DNA from: an uncultured Chloroflexia bacterium | GTDB lineage: Bacteria > Chloroflexota > Anaerolineae > CG2-30-64-16 | Reading direction: 5' to 3' | NCBI GenBank assembly: GCA_963774265.1 | Contig: CAVZDU010000002.1 | Span: 736,001-800,000, forward strand | Length of the DNA stretch: 64,000 nucleotides | Notes under the pieces: model-generated | What the model was told of the DNA's origin: nothing | Databases searched by the model: none | Seen by the model: the letters and a program-made list of their open reading frames with translations, nothing else | Translations under genes and position numbers: made by a program | Part shown: in pieces, positions 40,764 through 51,369 of the stretch | Layout of the letters: each line of letters starts with the position of its first letter | Numbering within the stretch: the first letter of the stretch is position 1

Positions 40764-41887
40764 TAAGTAGGTAACAGAAAATTCGGGGCACTTCTTCGTT
40801 GCCTGATATACTGGGGTTACGGAGGGTGCCATGATCTATGTACGAACACCAACGGATGCTGAACTGCAAGAGCTCAAGCGAATGACCCGCCATGAGATCG
40901 GGCGGGTTAGCCAACGAGCGCAGATGGTTCTGCTCTCAGCGCAGCAGCGCACGGTGCCTGAGATCGCCGTCATCTTTGGCGTCAAGTACAAGACCGTGCG
41001 CAAATGGCTCCGCCGCTTCAATGCGGCCGGGCCGGCCGGACTGTATGATGAGCCGCGCAGTGGGCGGCCGCGGACGCTGACCGACCGTGTCCGTGACACT
41101 TTGGTCGACATGAGCGAGCAGGATCCCGAGCAGTCGGACTATCCCGCGACCTTGTGGACGGTTGCGATGCTGGCCTTAGCCTTGGCCGAGAAGATCGGCG
41201 TGTATCTGAGCCATAGCACCCTGCGTCAGACGCTGCATGCGGCCGGCCTGGCCTGGAGCCGCCCACGACTCGCCATGCCCCGCAAGACTGATCCGCAGAA
41301 GGCGGCCAAGCAGTGGGCAATAGTGCAGGCCGTGATTGGGGCTGGCCCAGCTGCAGTCGTGCTGTACGCCGACGAATCGCGCATCCAGATGCTACCGTTG
41401 ATTCGAGCAATGTGGCATCGGCTGGGCCAGCAGATCCGTGTCCCGACGCCCGGCAGCAATCAGACGCGCAGCCTATTTGGAGCGCTCAACATTCGCACGG
41501 GCCAGTGGACGTGGTTGATCCGCGAGCATATGCACAAAGAAGACTTCATCACTTTCCTGGAACACCTGTTGACGGTGTATGCCAGCGGTCCGATCATTCT
41601 GATCGTCGATAACTACTCCAGCCATACGGCTAAGGCCATCGATGCCTGGCTGACTGAGCACCCGCGACTCCAGTTGCACTACCTGCCGAAGTACTGCTCG
41701 CATCTGAATCCGGTTGAGAACATCTGGCTGCGTCTCAAAGGCCAGACCGCCGCTGACCGCTTGTACGGTTCGCTGCATGGTCTGCTGGACGCCGTCACAC
41801 GCTTCTTCGACCATATGACGCCAGCGATGGCGTTGACCTGGGCCAGTCTCGACTGAAAAGTGACCCGTACTTTTTGTGACATACTTA
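40764..41887 (+). mobile_element. IS630-family element, copy 2
   Basis: Same IRs, length and CTAG target as copy 1. Confidence 0.95.
40831..41856 (+). CDS. IS630 transposase
   Basis: Protein identical to 22940-23965. Confidence 0.95.
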   Translation: MIYVRTPTDAELQELKRMTRHEIGRVSQRAQMVLLSAQQRTVPEIAVIFGVKYKTVRKWLRRFNAAGPAGLYDEPRSGRPRTLTDRVRDTLVDMSEQDPEQSDYPATLWTVAMLALALAEKIGVYLSHSTLRQTLHAAGLAWSRPRLAMPRKTDPQKAAKQWAIVQAVIGAGPAAVVLYADESRIQMLPLIRAMWHRLGQQIRVPTPGSNQTRSLFGALNIRTGQWTWLIREHMHKEDFITFLEHLLTVYASGPIILIVDNYSSHTAKAIDAWLTEHPRLQLHYLPKYCSHLNPVENIWLRLKGQTAADRLYGSLHGLLDAVTRFFDHMTPAMALTWASLD

Positions 41888-41965
41888 GAGCCGACTGAAG
41901 GCAGATTACCACCTGTCCAGTCAGCCATCCAACGCTCTCAACTTGCGGTATCGGACCGCTTTCAA

Positions 41966-43121
41966 CTAGTCCAGCCCTATTCCACGATTGTTTCGGTAGT
42001 GCCGGCGAGCGAGCGCAGCCTGGTAGGCGGCGTCGAGTCGCTCGGGCGACACGTCGGCTTGGATATTGTGCGATGGGGCAAACACGAACCCGCCGCCAGG
42101 CGCAAGGATATCGATCGCTTGGCGCACTTGGTCCCCGATCTCGGCTGGGGTAGAGAACGGCAAGGTTTTCTGTACATCGATGCCGCCGCCCCAGAACGTG
42201 AGATCTTTGCCGAACTCCCGCTTGAGCCGTGCGAGGTCCATCTTGGCCGCGGTTGCTTGCACCGGGTTCAAGATTTCGACTCCGGTTTCGATCAGATCGG
42301 GGAGCAAGTCATACACAGATCCGCACGAGTGCAGGAATAAGTGGGCATTTGTATGCGCGTGGATGAAGCCGAACAAGCGCCGGTGACACGGCTTGATAAA
42401 GCGCCGGTACATGCGCGGCGAGATAAACGGCCCAGTCTGCATTCCCAGATCGTCTCCGTGCGCAACCACCTGTACATAGCTGCCCACAGCGGTTAGGAAC
42501 GCGTCCCAGAAGCCAATCAAGTTATCGGTGATCAACTCGAGAAGAGTGCTGGCAAATGGCGGGTCAGAGGCTAGGTCGATACAGAACTGATCGTAGCCAC
42601 GCATAATGCACGCCTGCTCAAAGGGTCCGCCAAGAACGCCGGCCACCAGGGCATAATCCGTGGTATCGTGCAGATGCTGTGCGGCCTCAGCCAGACCGAC
42701 CACCCGACCAGGATCGTTGGGATCGGGCCATTTGTATTTTGCCAGATCAGCCAACGTAGCATGACTTAGTGGACGTTCCACCACATCATAGTAGTAGGCT
42801 GCATGCCGCCAGCGTACGTCGTATTCGTCATAGTAGCTGTCGCCGTCTGCAGGGCGAAGCGCGATGCGCTCCGTCGACCCCAGGCGCAGCGACCGACAGT
42901 CGATTTTATAGTACTTAAGCAGATACCTCTGGAAGCCCAACGGTCCCCATTGCCCGGTTGGAGATAACGGGATCCGGGTCCGGGGGCATCCGCAGATAAG
43001 CGCGCAGGTTGACGTAAGCTACCTGCGTCACGGACGTGACTGTGGTGCCGCCCATGTCGAGCGGTACCTGGTCGGGCTCATTATGACTCAGGGCTACCTG
43101 CACGCGTTCGCGCGAGTTCAT
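41966..43121 (-). CDS. Uroporphyrinogen-decarboxylase/MtaA-family protein (frameshift near 42935)
   Basis: MNSRERV...EPDQVPLD; GDDLG; LHSCG; FWGGGIDVQ; GGGFVFAPSHNIQ. Confidence 0.9.
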
Positions 43122-43136
43122 CCTATCCTGATCCTC

Positions 43137-43865
43137 CTATAATGGGCGGTAGTCATGAGGAGCTGTGGACCCGCGCAGCGCGGCTACAAAGCGGCTGGCG
43201 ATGTGGCCCGGATTTGTGATGGCGGTGCCAACGACGACCGCATGCGCGCCAGCGTCGAGCGCGGCGCGAGCGAGCTCGGGCGTACCAAAGCGCCCCTCAG
43301 CAATCACCGGAGTGTGCACTGCCCGCGACAGGGCCCGTACCAGGCTCAGATCGGGTAGGTCGTCGGGCGATACCGGCAGTTCAGCGGTGTAACCGGCCAA
43401 CGTTGTGGCCACGATATCGGCACCGACGCGCTCTGCTGACAGAGCTTCGTCCAGCGTCGCAATGTCGGCCATGACTGGCAAGCCTAGCTCATCGTGGATT
43501 CGCGAAATCAACCGATCCACAGTGTCGTCCGGCGGCCTCGACCGGTCGGTCGCGTCAATGGCGATAATGTCCGCACCGGCCTCGGCTAGCTCGCGGCAGG
43601 CTCTGAAGGTAGGGGTGATGTAGACGGCATAGCCGGGGATATGGATCTTATGGATGCCCAAGATCACCAAGGCGCTGACGCGCCGCACGGCACGAACGTG
43701 CTCGGGGCTGTTGATACGCAGCCCTGCACATCCGGGTACGTTTACGGCCTGCGCGAGAGCTGCAATGATTTCGGGCCGATTCAGCGGGCTTTCGGGTGTT
43801 GCCTGGCAGGAGACGATCAAGCTCCCTGCCAGGGCCTCTATCTGCTGCGAGGCGAATGGTGGCAT
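43137..43865 (-). CDS. nanE: N-acetylmannosamine-6-phosphate 2-epimerase
   Basis: LIVSCQA; VYITPT; MADIAT; TTLAGYT; IAEGR; VVGTAITNP. Confidence 0.9.
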   Translation of the reverse strand: MPPFASQQIEALAGSLIVSCQATPESPLNRPEIIAALAQAVNVPGCAGLRINSPEHVRAVRRVSALVILGIHKIHIPGYAVYITPTFRACRELAEAGADIIAIDATDRSRPPDDTVDRLISRIHDELGLPVMADIATLDEALSAERVGADIVATTLAGYTAELPVSPDDLPDLSLVRALSRAVHTPVIAEGRFGTPELARAALDAGAHAVVVGTAITNPGHIASRFVAALRGSTAPHDYRPL

Positions 43866-43893
43866 AGTACCCCCTGGGCTAGCACATAATCCA

Positions 43894-44940
43894 TCAAGCC
43901 ACCCATGCCTCCGTGGGCAAGTACGGGTAGCGGCAGGGCAGGCCGTCGGCGATCAACAATTGGAACTGTGCGGGAACCATGATGTGCGAGTGCGACGTGT
44001 ACATGCCAGCCTGGCCCGGGCCACTATGCTGGCATAGACCCCCGGGTTGGGCATGGTCGCGCAGCGCCATTTGGAGCCCGTCCATATCCCAAGGCCAGGC
44101 GGAGTCTGCAACAATCGTCTCCAGTCGCTCCCAGCGGTCATGACTGTCACGCAGAAGCTCCGCTGGCGCGGCCATGACCTCCCGCATCTCAGGCAGACAG
44201 AAATGATTGGTGGACCACAACGCGCGGCCCTCGAGATAGCGAACACCGCATCGCGTTGGCGAGCGCTCTACCACCGCGGCCTTGCTACTGGCGTCGGTCA
44301 ACAAGAAGTTGTACCCAAAGTTGATAGGCGCGATCTCGTTAAGGAGCTCCACCGCCTCATCTACCGTTGCGCAGCGGCGAGTGGGAAGCGTCGTGAGTGT
44401 GTTGATTGGGATACCATGATCCCAGTTCGTGTCAGTGACCCAAACATCGGCTACCGAACTTGTCAAGCCCTGGGCATTGACCGCGGCGGCAGTCCAGACG
44501 GTCCCTGTCCATACAACGCGCTTTACTGGCTCACCACAGTCAGGCCTCGCGTGTTCGGCTACGACGAATGGAACTGCCAAAGAGGGGGCGACGTCGTGGT
44601 TATGTCCGTGCAGGACGCCATGAGGGGTGCCAGCGAATGCAACGTTTGTGCAGTGTGCATGATCATCGATGGCGCCGAATTCGACCGAACCATTTAGCAG
44701 AAGTACATCCTGGTAGGCCATCCCCGCGCCATCCGCGATGCCCCGCAGTTCCTCCAAGATATCGGGGCAAACCGCGGCCATGTTGTCCTCCATGCGCTGC
44801 AGGCCCTCTCTGAGACGCTCCTGCGGGATCTTCAGTGCGCCGCAGTAGCACCGAAACAAGTCGTGCGCACCTCGCGCGAAAGCCCGGCCATGACTACGAC
44901 CTAGTTCAACCGGATCGCCTTCAACACGGATTACTCGCAT
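43894..44940 (-). CDS. C45-family Ntn hydrolase/acyltransferase
   Basis: EELRGIADGAG; HCTN nucleophile; HGHNHD; STNHF. Confidence 0.85.
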   Translation of the reverse strand: MRVIRVEGDPVELGRSHGRAFARGAHDLFRCYCGALKIPQERLREGLQRMEDNMAAVCPDILEELRGIADGAGMAYQDVLLLNGSVEFGAIDDHAHCTNVAFAGTPHGVLHGHNHDVAPSLAVPFVVAEHARPDCGEPVKRVVWTGTVWTAAAVNAQGLTSSVADVWVTDTNWDHGIPINTLTTLPTRRCATVDEAVELLNEIAPINFGYNFLLTDASSKAAVVERSPTRCGVRYLEGRALWSTNHFCLPEMREVMAAPAELLRDSHDRWERLETIVADSAWPWDMDGLQMALRDHAQPGGLCQHSGPGQAGMYTSHSHIMVPAQFQLLIADGLPCRYPYLPTEAWVA

Positions 44941-44979
44941 GCTGTCCTCCCTGCACGAATCAAGCTAGACGGCAACGCC

Positions 44980-45714
44980 CTAGCGCTCGCCAATGAGACG
45001 CAACAGATTATTGCCGAATACTGCTGCGGCGGCCTCGCCTTCTAGACCTAGCAACCTAACCTTGGCCAACTCCACATCCATCATGGAGATGGGCGTGCCG
45101 GAGCCGAACAGCACGTGATCGGCACCCAACTCATCAACTGCCTGGCGCAGGGTACGGATGCCCGAGCGGAATGACGTCTCGACGTAGATATTCCGATGCA
45201 TTCTGGCAGCCGGGACGGCGTCGATCCAGAAGTCAGCAGCGGCAACGTGTCCCATGATGAACGCCACCTCGGGGAAGCGGTCGGCGAGCTCAGCCAGTTG
45301 TAGTGGCAAGGCGTAGATTGGAGTCGCTGTATGGAAGTAGACCGGCAGCCCGACTTCTTGCGCGACTGCGATTACTGGATCGACCAGATCGTCGTGGATG
45401 AAGTAGCCCTGAATGCTCGAGTTGAGGTAGAGCCCGCGCAACCCAGTCGCCACCGCCCGGCGCAACTCCGCGACTGCGGCCGCGCCGTACCAGGGATTGA
45501 CCGTGGCGAAGCCAAACAGCCGGCCAGGAAAGGCGCGCATGGCAGCCACCAGGTAGTCGTTGCCTTCACGGTTGTAGACGGTTACGCAGTCTTCCACAGG
45601 GCAAACCACAGCCTGGTCCACGCCAGCGGCGTCCATCATAGCGATGAGATCCTCAGGCAGTAGCTTAGTGTAGTGACCCTCTCCCAAAAAGCAATTGGCA
45701 TCGACAATCGGCAT
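44980..45714 (-). CDS. Amidohydrolase-family protein (degenerate metal motif)
   Basis: IVDANC in place of HxH; PVYFHT; MGH; VLFGSG. Confidence 0.85.
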   Translation of the reverse strand: MPIVDANCFLGEGHYTKLLPEDLIAMMDAAGVDQAVVCPVEDCVTVYNREGNDYLVAAMRAFPGRLFGFATVNPWYGAAAVAELRRAVATGLRGLYLNSSIQGYFIHDDLVDPVIAVAQEVGLPVYFHTATPIYALPLQLAELADRFPEVAFIMGHVAAADFWIDAVPAARMHRNIYVETSFRSGIRTLRQAVDELGADHVLFGSGTPISMMDVELAKVRLLGLEGEAAAAVFGNNLLRLIGER

Positions 45715-45730
45715 GCGCTTGTACTCCTAC

Positions 45731-46480
45731 TCAATCGGCCAACGCCGGTATGATGCGCAGCACGCTCCCACTGAAAATGAGCTTGCGTTCGTCTTCACTC
45801 ACTGGCAGGCGGTCGATCTTTAGCTTGTAGTACTCCAGGCTCTCAGGACCACCCCATGGAAAATCCGATCCGAATATGACCCGTTCCGCTCCGATGGCCT
45901 CTACGTACCTGGTGATAGCGGACATGGGTGCGCCACAGGGGCACGCAACCAGATTTGGGCAACGCTTGAGCGCTGCCAGCGCCTCGCGCGGGAAGTCAGA
46001 CAACCCGCTGTGCCCGAGCACGATGGTCGCTTCGGGATACTGCTGGGCCAAGTGAGCGATTTGAAGCGGGGTACAATAGGGCGGCGTACCGTCGTGAAAG
46101 ATGACCGGAATGTGCAGGTCGATCGCCGTCTCGATGATTGGGTAGAGCAGAGGATCGAGCACAGAAAACGCCTGCAGCCACGGGTGAAGCTTGAGTCCCA
46201 CCATGCCCAGCTGAGTCACGCACCGCCGCAGTTCGTCGATTGCTAGCTTTCCCGCACGAGGATCTACTGTGGCACAAGAGTAGAGTATCCTAGGATAGGG
46301 CCTAGTCAGCTCGGCCAGCGCGTCGTTCCACTGCTTCTGGTTGCCGAAAAAGCCCTCAGTGGTAAAGGCGAGAGCCTTGCTGATGCCATGCGCCTGCAAC
46401 GAATCTACGAACTCGCCGACGGGCACCCCGCGCTGGGTCACATAGGCTTCGAAGAGATGTGTGTGCGCGTCTATGATCAC
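45731..46480 (-). CDS. Amidohydrolase-family protein
   Basis: IIDAHTH; GLKLHP; FHDG; LGHSG; FGSDFP. Confidence 0.9.
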   Translation of the reverse strand: MIIDAHTHLFEAYVTQRGVPVGEFVDSLQAHGISKALAFTTEGFFGNQKQWNDALAELTRPYPRILYSCATVDPRAGKLAIDELRRCVTQLGMVGLKLHPWLQAFSVLDPLLYPIIETAIDLHIPVIFHDGTPPYCTPLQIAHLAQQYPEATIVLGHSGLSDFPREALAALKRCPNLVACPCGAPMSAITRYVEAIGAERVIFGSDFPWGGPESLEYYKLKIDRLPVSEDERKLIFSGSVLRIIPALAD

Positions 46481-46502
46481 CGATCATGTCTCCTCTCTGC
46501 GG

Positions 46503-47240
46503 CTAAAGGCTGCGTAGACGCCGCCGATAAGATGCCAGCACCTCATTGTTGAGCTCATCGCCGCCATCCACGTTAGCGCTTCTCAGGACCGGTGGCCGTC
46601 TGCCGCGCTCTAGCAGCCGGGTTATGATCTCGCCGGCAAGCGCTTGCAGTATAGCCGCGCCAGCGATCGTAGAGGTGGCCCCTACCCGGCCTGGCATGCC
46701 CTGGATTTCGATGGCTGCGTCACCCTCGATGCCGCAGTTATCGATCACGATGTCCGCCACCTCAAAAAGGCGCAAACCACTATCATGCCGTGAGGTAACT
46801 GCCTGCGAGTGTTGGAGCGAGGTGAGAGCGACCACGGTTAGCCCGCGTTGACGCGCCGCCAGCGCTGCTTCGACTGGGGCTACGTTGCGGCCAGAATTGG
46901 AGGCGATTATCAGCACCTCGCCTGCCCGCAGGTCATATTGCTCGAGCACAAGGGTAGCATAGCCTGGCGTCCTCTCGAGCAAAGTGCTGGCCTGCGCGCT
47001 GTCGTGGAGCATGAGGCCTGGCGCAAGGATCGCGTTAACGGGCGCCAACCCACCTGCCCGGTAGAAGAGTTCCTCGGCCAGTAGATGGCCGTGGCCAGTG
47101 CCGAATATGTGCAAGACACCTCCAGCCGCCAGCGAATCCGCGATCACGTCGGCAGTCCGACCGATCACGCCAGCTTGTGACATCTCAATCTGGTCAAGCA
47201 GAATCCGGAGTGTCTCAAAATAGGCAAAAGTCATATTCAT
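46503..47240 (-). CDS. SIS-domain sugar isomerase-like protein (UPF0309)
   Basis: FGTGHGHLLAEELFYRAGGL; SNSGRN; GATST; SANVDGG. Confidence 0.9.
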   Translation of the reverse strand: MNMTFAYFETLRILLDQIEMSQAGVIGRTADVIADSLAAGGVLHIFGTGHGHLLAEELFYRAGGLAPVNAILAPGLMLHDSAQASTLLERTPGYATLVLEQYDLRAGEVLIIASNSGRNVAPVEAALAARQRGLTVVALTSLQHSQAVTSRHDSGLRLFEVADIVIDNCGIEGDAAIEIQGMPGRVGATSTIAGAAILQALAGEIITRLLERGRRPPVLRSANVDGGDELNNEVLASYRRRLRSL

Positions 47241-47244
47241 CCCC

Positions 47245-48231
47245 CTACGAATCCTTGAGCTGGGCGGCGACGTGTTCTGTGGCCCGCATGCGCTCCATGA
47301 CTTGCGCACCAGTTGTGATGCCGGCGTTTTGCAGTGCCAGCAGCAAGGCGCCCATTACCTGATCGAACAACGGCTGTGCGACCCTGGCCGTCGGGTCGCG
47401 GGCCCGGATCATCGCGGTGAACGGCCCACGCAACGGTGGCCCCGCCCCGAACACACCGCCAGCCGTATAGACGGTTGCGCCCGTACCGGTCATGTCAAGC
47501 CGGGCCAAAACCGTCAGTGCGGCGAGCGCCAACTCCTCCCCCGCCTCCCGCAGAATGTTAAGCGCCACGACATCGCCCCGGGTGGCAGCCTCGCTGACGA
47601 GTTGGGCTACATCCGCGAGATCCGCCCGAGAGTGGGTCCCGGAGTAAAATGCCCCGCGTAGCGCCCATAGATCTGAAGCCGCAAAACGCAAAAGCAGTAG
47701 CTGTCCCAGGACTGTGGGAGGGCCACGGCCGTCGTCGGCGCGACATGCCGCTCTCAGGGCGCGCACCCCGATATCGTATCCGCTGCCCTCGTCACCCGCT
47801 AGATACCCCCAACCCGAAGAGCGTGCCGTTCGCCCGGCAACGTTGCGGCCATAGGCGATGGCACCACCGCCGGCAATAACCACCACGCCCGGCCCACCGC
47901 CCCCTGCGCCAGCAAGTGCAGTGGCCGCGTCATGATCCACCAGCAGCCGCTGGCAAGGCAGGATGCTAGCCGCCACCGCGGGCACCGCCTCCATGCCACC
48001 GGTCATGCCAAAGCAGGCACTCACTACAGGGCCGACCGGTAGGCCACAGCTGGCGAAAGCCGCGGTGATCGCCTGTCGCAGCGATCGCTCCATCCTTGCG
48101 AGTCCGCCCGCCTCGTGAATATGATTGGCAGGACCACCCCGGCCAGCGCCGACCACAGTGCCGTCAAGAAGCGCAAGCGCCGCAACCGTGCTCGTCTGCC
48201 CGCCGTCCACAGCAAGAATTAAGGGCGTCAT
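47245..48231 (-). CDS. BadF/BadG-family N-acetylhexosamine kinase
   Basis: AVDGGQTST; IAGGGAI; GWGYLAGDEGSG. Confidence 0.9.
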   Translation of the reverse strand: MTPLILAVDGGQTSTVAALALLDGTVVGAGRGGPANHIHEAGGLARMERSLRQAITAAFASCGLPVGPVVSACFGMTGGMEAVPAVAASILPCQRLLVDHDAATALAGAGGGGPGVVVIAGGGAIAYGRNVAGRTARSSGWGYLAGDEGSGYDIGVRALRAACRADDGRGPPTVLGQLLLLRFAASDLWALRGAFYSGTHSRADLADVAQLVSEAATRGDVVALNILREAGEELALAALTVLARLDMTGTGATVYTAGGVFGAGPPLRGPFTAMIRARDPTARVAQPLFDQVMGALLLALQNAGITTGAQVMERMRATEHVAAQLKDS

Positions 48232-48344
48232 CGTTACGCTGATCTTCCAGCCCTCCACAATCCAACGGAGCAACGCTGGCCGGACTCAAGGGCTTGCCGA
48301 CCAGCAAGCTCCAATGTGTACAGATCTGCGTCACGCGATGGGGA

Positions 48345-49358
48345 CTAGCTCAGGACCACAGGCTGGTGCGTCCGCGCCGACTCCATCACCGCTTCAGCGA
48401 TCTCCATAGCCAGGATCGCATCGGCCGCATTGGTGAGTGGCTCCCGTCCGGTGAGAATGCAATTCGCGAAGTGCTCGATCTCGTACACGAACGACGAGCG
48501 CAGTTCGCCGTAGGCCCGCGGCATGAAGGTGGTGTCCGGGAATACAGTGCCTGCATCGGTGCTCAGTTTGATTCCCTGGTCGTTGAGCTGCATGTCAAGG
48601 CGACCCGTAGTGCCTTGGACAGCCACGCCCCCGTCAAAACCGCTCGGGTGACCACCGGGTAGGATCCAGCCGGTCTCGCAGACCGCCAACACGCCATTCT
48701 CGAAGTTGATCATGGCCCAGTTGGTATCTTCTACGTTATAGCCCAGGCCTTTGAGGACAGTCCACTGTGACTCAGCATATACCCGGGTCGGTTTGCTATT
48801 CGCAAACCAATGTGCCACGTCATAGTCGTGTACGCCGAGGAACACCGGCAGTGGTGAGCGGCCGTGCAACCGGTTCTGTGCCCCCCTGCCATTGAGGCGA
48901 CGGGTGTAAACACACTGCACCTGGCCGATACTGCCTGAGTCGACGGCCTGCTTCATGAGGCAGTAATGAGTCGCGTACCTTAGCACATGCCCAACCATCA
49001 GAGTAGCCTTGCCCCCAGCATTGGCTGCAGCGATCTTGCGGCCATTAGCAACTGTGTCGGCAATCGGCTTCTCCACCATCACCGACTTGCCGTGCTCCAG
49101 CGCACAGACGCTCGGGTCCACATGCGCGTCTTCTGAGGTAGCGACAATGATCGCCTGCAGCTCGGGACGGGCGATCAGATCGGCGAAGTTGTTGTAGAAC
49201 GGTACGGAGAACTGATTGGCGGCGGCTTCGCCCGTCTGCTCGTCGATGTCGGATACGCCAACCAGTTGCGTGCCCGGAAGTTGGGTGCAGATCTGGGCGA
49301 ACGCCCGTCCCATGAACCCCATGCCAACTACACCGATACCCAGACGCGAATTTGTCAT
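48345..49358 (-). CDS. Gfo/Idh/MocA oxidoreductase
   Basis: VVGMGFMG; VEKPIA; GVHDYD. Confidence 0.9.
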   Translation of the reverse strand: MTNSRLGIGVVGMGFMGRAFAQICTQLPGTQLVGVSDIDEQTGEAAANQFSVPFYNNFADLIARPELQAIIVATSEDAHVDPSVCALEHGKSVMVEKPIADTVANGRKIAAANAGGKATLMVGHVLRYATHYCLMKQAVDSGSIGQVQCVYTRRLNGRGAQNRLHGRSPLPVFLGVHDYDVAHWFANSKPTRVYAESQWTVLKGLGYNVEDTNWAMINFENGVLAVCETGWILPGGHPSGFDGGVAVQGTTGRLDMQLNDQGIKLSTDAGTVFPDTTFMPRAYGELRSSFVYEIEHFANCILTGREPLTNAADAILAMEIAEAVMESARTHQPVVLS

Positions 49359-49427
49359 TTTGTTCCTCCTGTGCATGAATGGATCGGTTGAGAGCTGCCA
49401 AGGCTCTCATGACGACCGCAGGGATGG

Positions 49428-50330
49428 TTACTGCATTTTGCCGTGACTCATTTGTTTCTGCATCGCATCGGCCATGATGTTGAGGCACAGCACGAGTAGC
49501 GTCAAGAAGATTCCAGGGAACAGGCCATACCAAGGCGCGCGGTAGAGCAGCTCGCGTCCGGTATTGAGCATCTGGCCCCAGGATGGCGTGGGCGGTTTCG
49601 CACCAACACCCAGGAAGCTGAGCGCGGCTTCGAGCAGAACCGCCCAACTGGCGTTGACCGCGACCTGCACCAGGAGCGGTGGCAGGCAGTTGGGTAGAAT
49701 CGTGCGTAGCATAATACGAACGTCCCGGCAACCAATCACGCGCGCTGCCTCGACGTACTCCAAGTTTTTTTGCTGCAGCGTAGTGGCGCGCACCAAGCGC
49801 GCGAAGGCGGGCACGCTGACGATGATTACGGCGATCATGCCATTGGTGGATGACTGGCCAAGTACAGCCACAAGCCCAAGTGCCAGCAGAATCGCCGGAA
49901 AGGCCAAAATGGTATCCACCAGGCGCATGATGAAGGCATCGGTCAGGCCGCCAAAGTACCCTGCGAGCAGTCCCATCGGAATGCCGATAGCGCTGGCCAC
50001 GATCACTACCACGGCTGCGGTCAGCACCGAGATACGAGCACCGAAGATGACCCGACTGAGGATGTCACGACCGAACTCATCGGTCCCAAACGGGTGCGAA
50101 GCTGAGGGCGCTTGCAGCGCCTCCTTTGGGGCCATGACGAGGGGATCATAGGGAGCCACGAACGGGGCAGCGACCGTCATGAGTACCATTGCTAGCAGCA
50201 CTATCGCAGCGGCCGTCCCGGCGATGCCACCTAGTAGGGGTTCGCGGCGACGGGTCCGCTTCCGATCTCCACCCCCGGCGGACTTGCTGATGCGACTAAC
50301 CTGTGAGGCTAGCCCGCTACTCTCGCTCAT
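49428..50330 (-). CDS. ABC transporter permease (DppC/OppC type)
   Basis: HPFGTDEFGRD; EYVEAAR; PSWG. Confidence 0.95.
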   Translation of the reverse strand: MSESSGLASQVSRISKSAGGGDRKRTRRREPLLGGIAGTAAAIVLLAMVLMTVAAPFVAPYDPLVMAPKEALQAPSASHPFGTDEFGRDILSRVIFGARISVLTAAVVVIVASAIGIPMGLLAGYFGGLTDAFIMRLVDTILAFPAILLALGLVAVLGQSSTNGMIAVIIVSVPAFARLVRATTLQQKNLEYVEAARVIGCRDVRIMLRTILPNCLPPLLVQVAVNASWAVLLEAALSFLGVGAKPPTPSWGQMLNTGRELLYRAPWYGLFPGIFLTLLVLCLNIMADAMQKQMSHGKMQ

Positions 50331-51271
50331 TGGGCCCGAATCCTCGGATCTAGCACACCGTACACCAGATCCGTGGCGAGGTTCACCAGCATGTACACGA
50401 CAACAGCCATCAGGGTCACGGCCTGTACGACACTATAGTCGCGGGACAGGATCGAAGTGATCAGCAGACGCCCGACTCCGGGCCAGTTGAAAATCGATTC
50501 GACGATGACGGTCCCACCCAGCAGTCCCCCAAATTGGATCCCAAACACCGTCACGACCGGAATAAGGGCGTTCTTTAGGATGTGACGCCAGACCACGGAA
50601 GAGCGTGCCAGGCCTTTGGCATATGCAGTGCGCACGTATTCTTGTTGCATGGTTTCCAGCATCGACGACCTAACAAAACGCGTGAAAATCGCTGACAGAT
50701 ATAGCGCCTCCGTCACAGTTGGCAGAATGATTGCTTTGAGTCCCGCGACTGGATTTTCAGTAATCGAGACATAACCTGAAGGAGGGAGCAGTTTCAGGGT
50801 GAGGGAGAAAAGCAACACCAGGAGCATCGCCAGCCAGAAGTTGGGCACGCCCAAGCCGAGGCTGGTATAAACGCTGATCAGGTGATCAAGCCAGCTTCCG
50901 CGCTTCATCGCGGCCAGCGCGCCGAGTGGAATCGAGATGACGATGGCAGACAGCAGTGCGGCGCTGGCTAGTTGGATCGTGGCAGGTAGTTTCTGCGAGA
51001 TCAAGTCGCTGACCGGGAAGCCGTTAAGGAACGATTCACCCATGTCGCCACGTGCCAAGTTACCAAGCCAGATCAGGTACTGCGTGTAGACAGGTTGGTC
51101 GAGGCCCATTTGAATACGCAGACGGGCGATCTGATCTGCCGAGGCATTCGGGCCCAACAGAACCACCGCGGGATCGCCCGGAATGGCTCGTATCATGGCA
51201 AACACGAGAACCGAGACCAGGATAAGGACCGGGATGGTCTGTAAAAGCCGTTTCCCGATGTACTGACCCAT
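50327..51271 (-). CDS. ABC transporter permease (DppB/OppB type)
   Basis: PGDP; EYVRTAYAKGL; ESIFNWPGVG; DPRIR. Confidence 0.95.
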   Translation of the reverse strand: MGQYIGKRLLQTIPVLILVSVLVFAMIRAIPGDPAVVLLGPNASADQIARLRIQMGLDQPVYTQYLIWLGNLARGDMGESFLNGFPVSDLISQKLPATIQLASAALLSAIVISIPLGALAAMKRGSWLDHLISVYTSLGLGVPNFWLAMLLVLLFSLTLKLLPPSGYVSITENPVAGLKAIILPTVTEALYLSAIFTRFVRSSMLETMQQEYVRTAYAKGLARSSVVWRHILKNALIPVVTVFGIQFGGLLGGTVIVESIFNWPGVGRLLITSILSRDYSVVQAVTLMAVVVYMLVNLATDLVYGVLDPRIRAQ

Positions 51272-51369
51272 CAGCTCTCCTTCGCAGCATGCTTGGGCGT
51301 TAGCTGGCCGCCGGGAGATCGCCTGAGGCTAACCCTCGGCGGCCTGAGTCTATCCGTGTCCTATCAGGG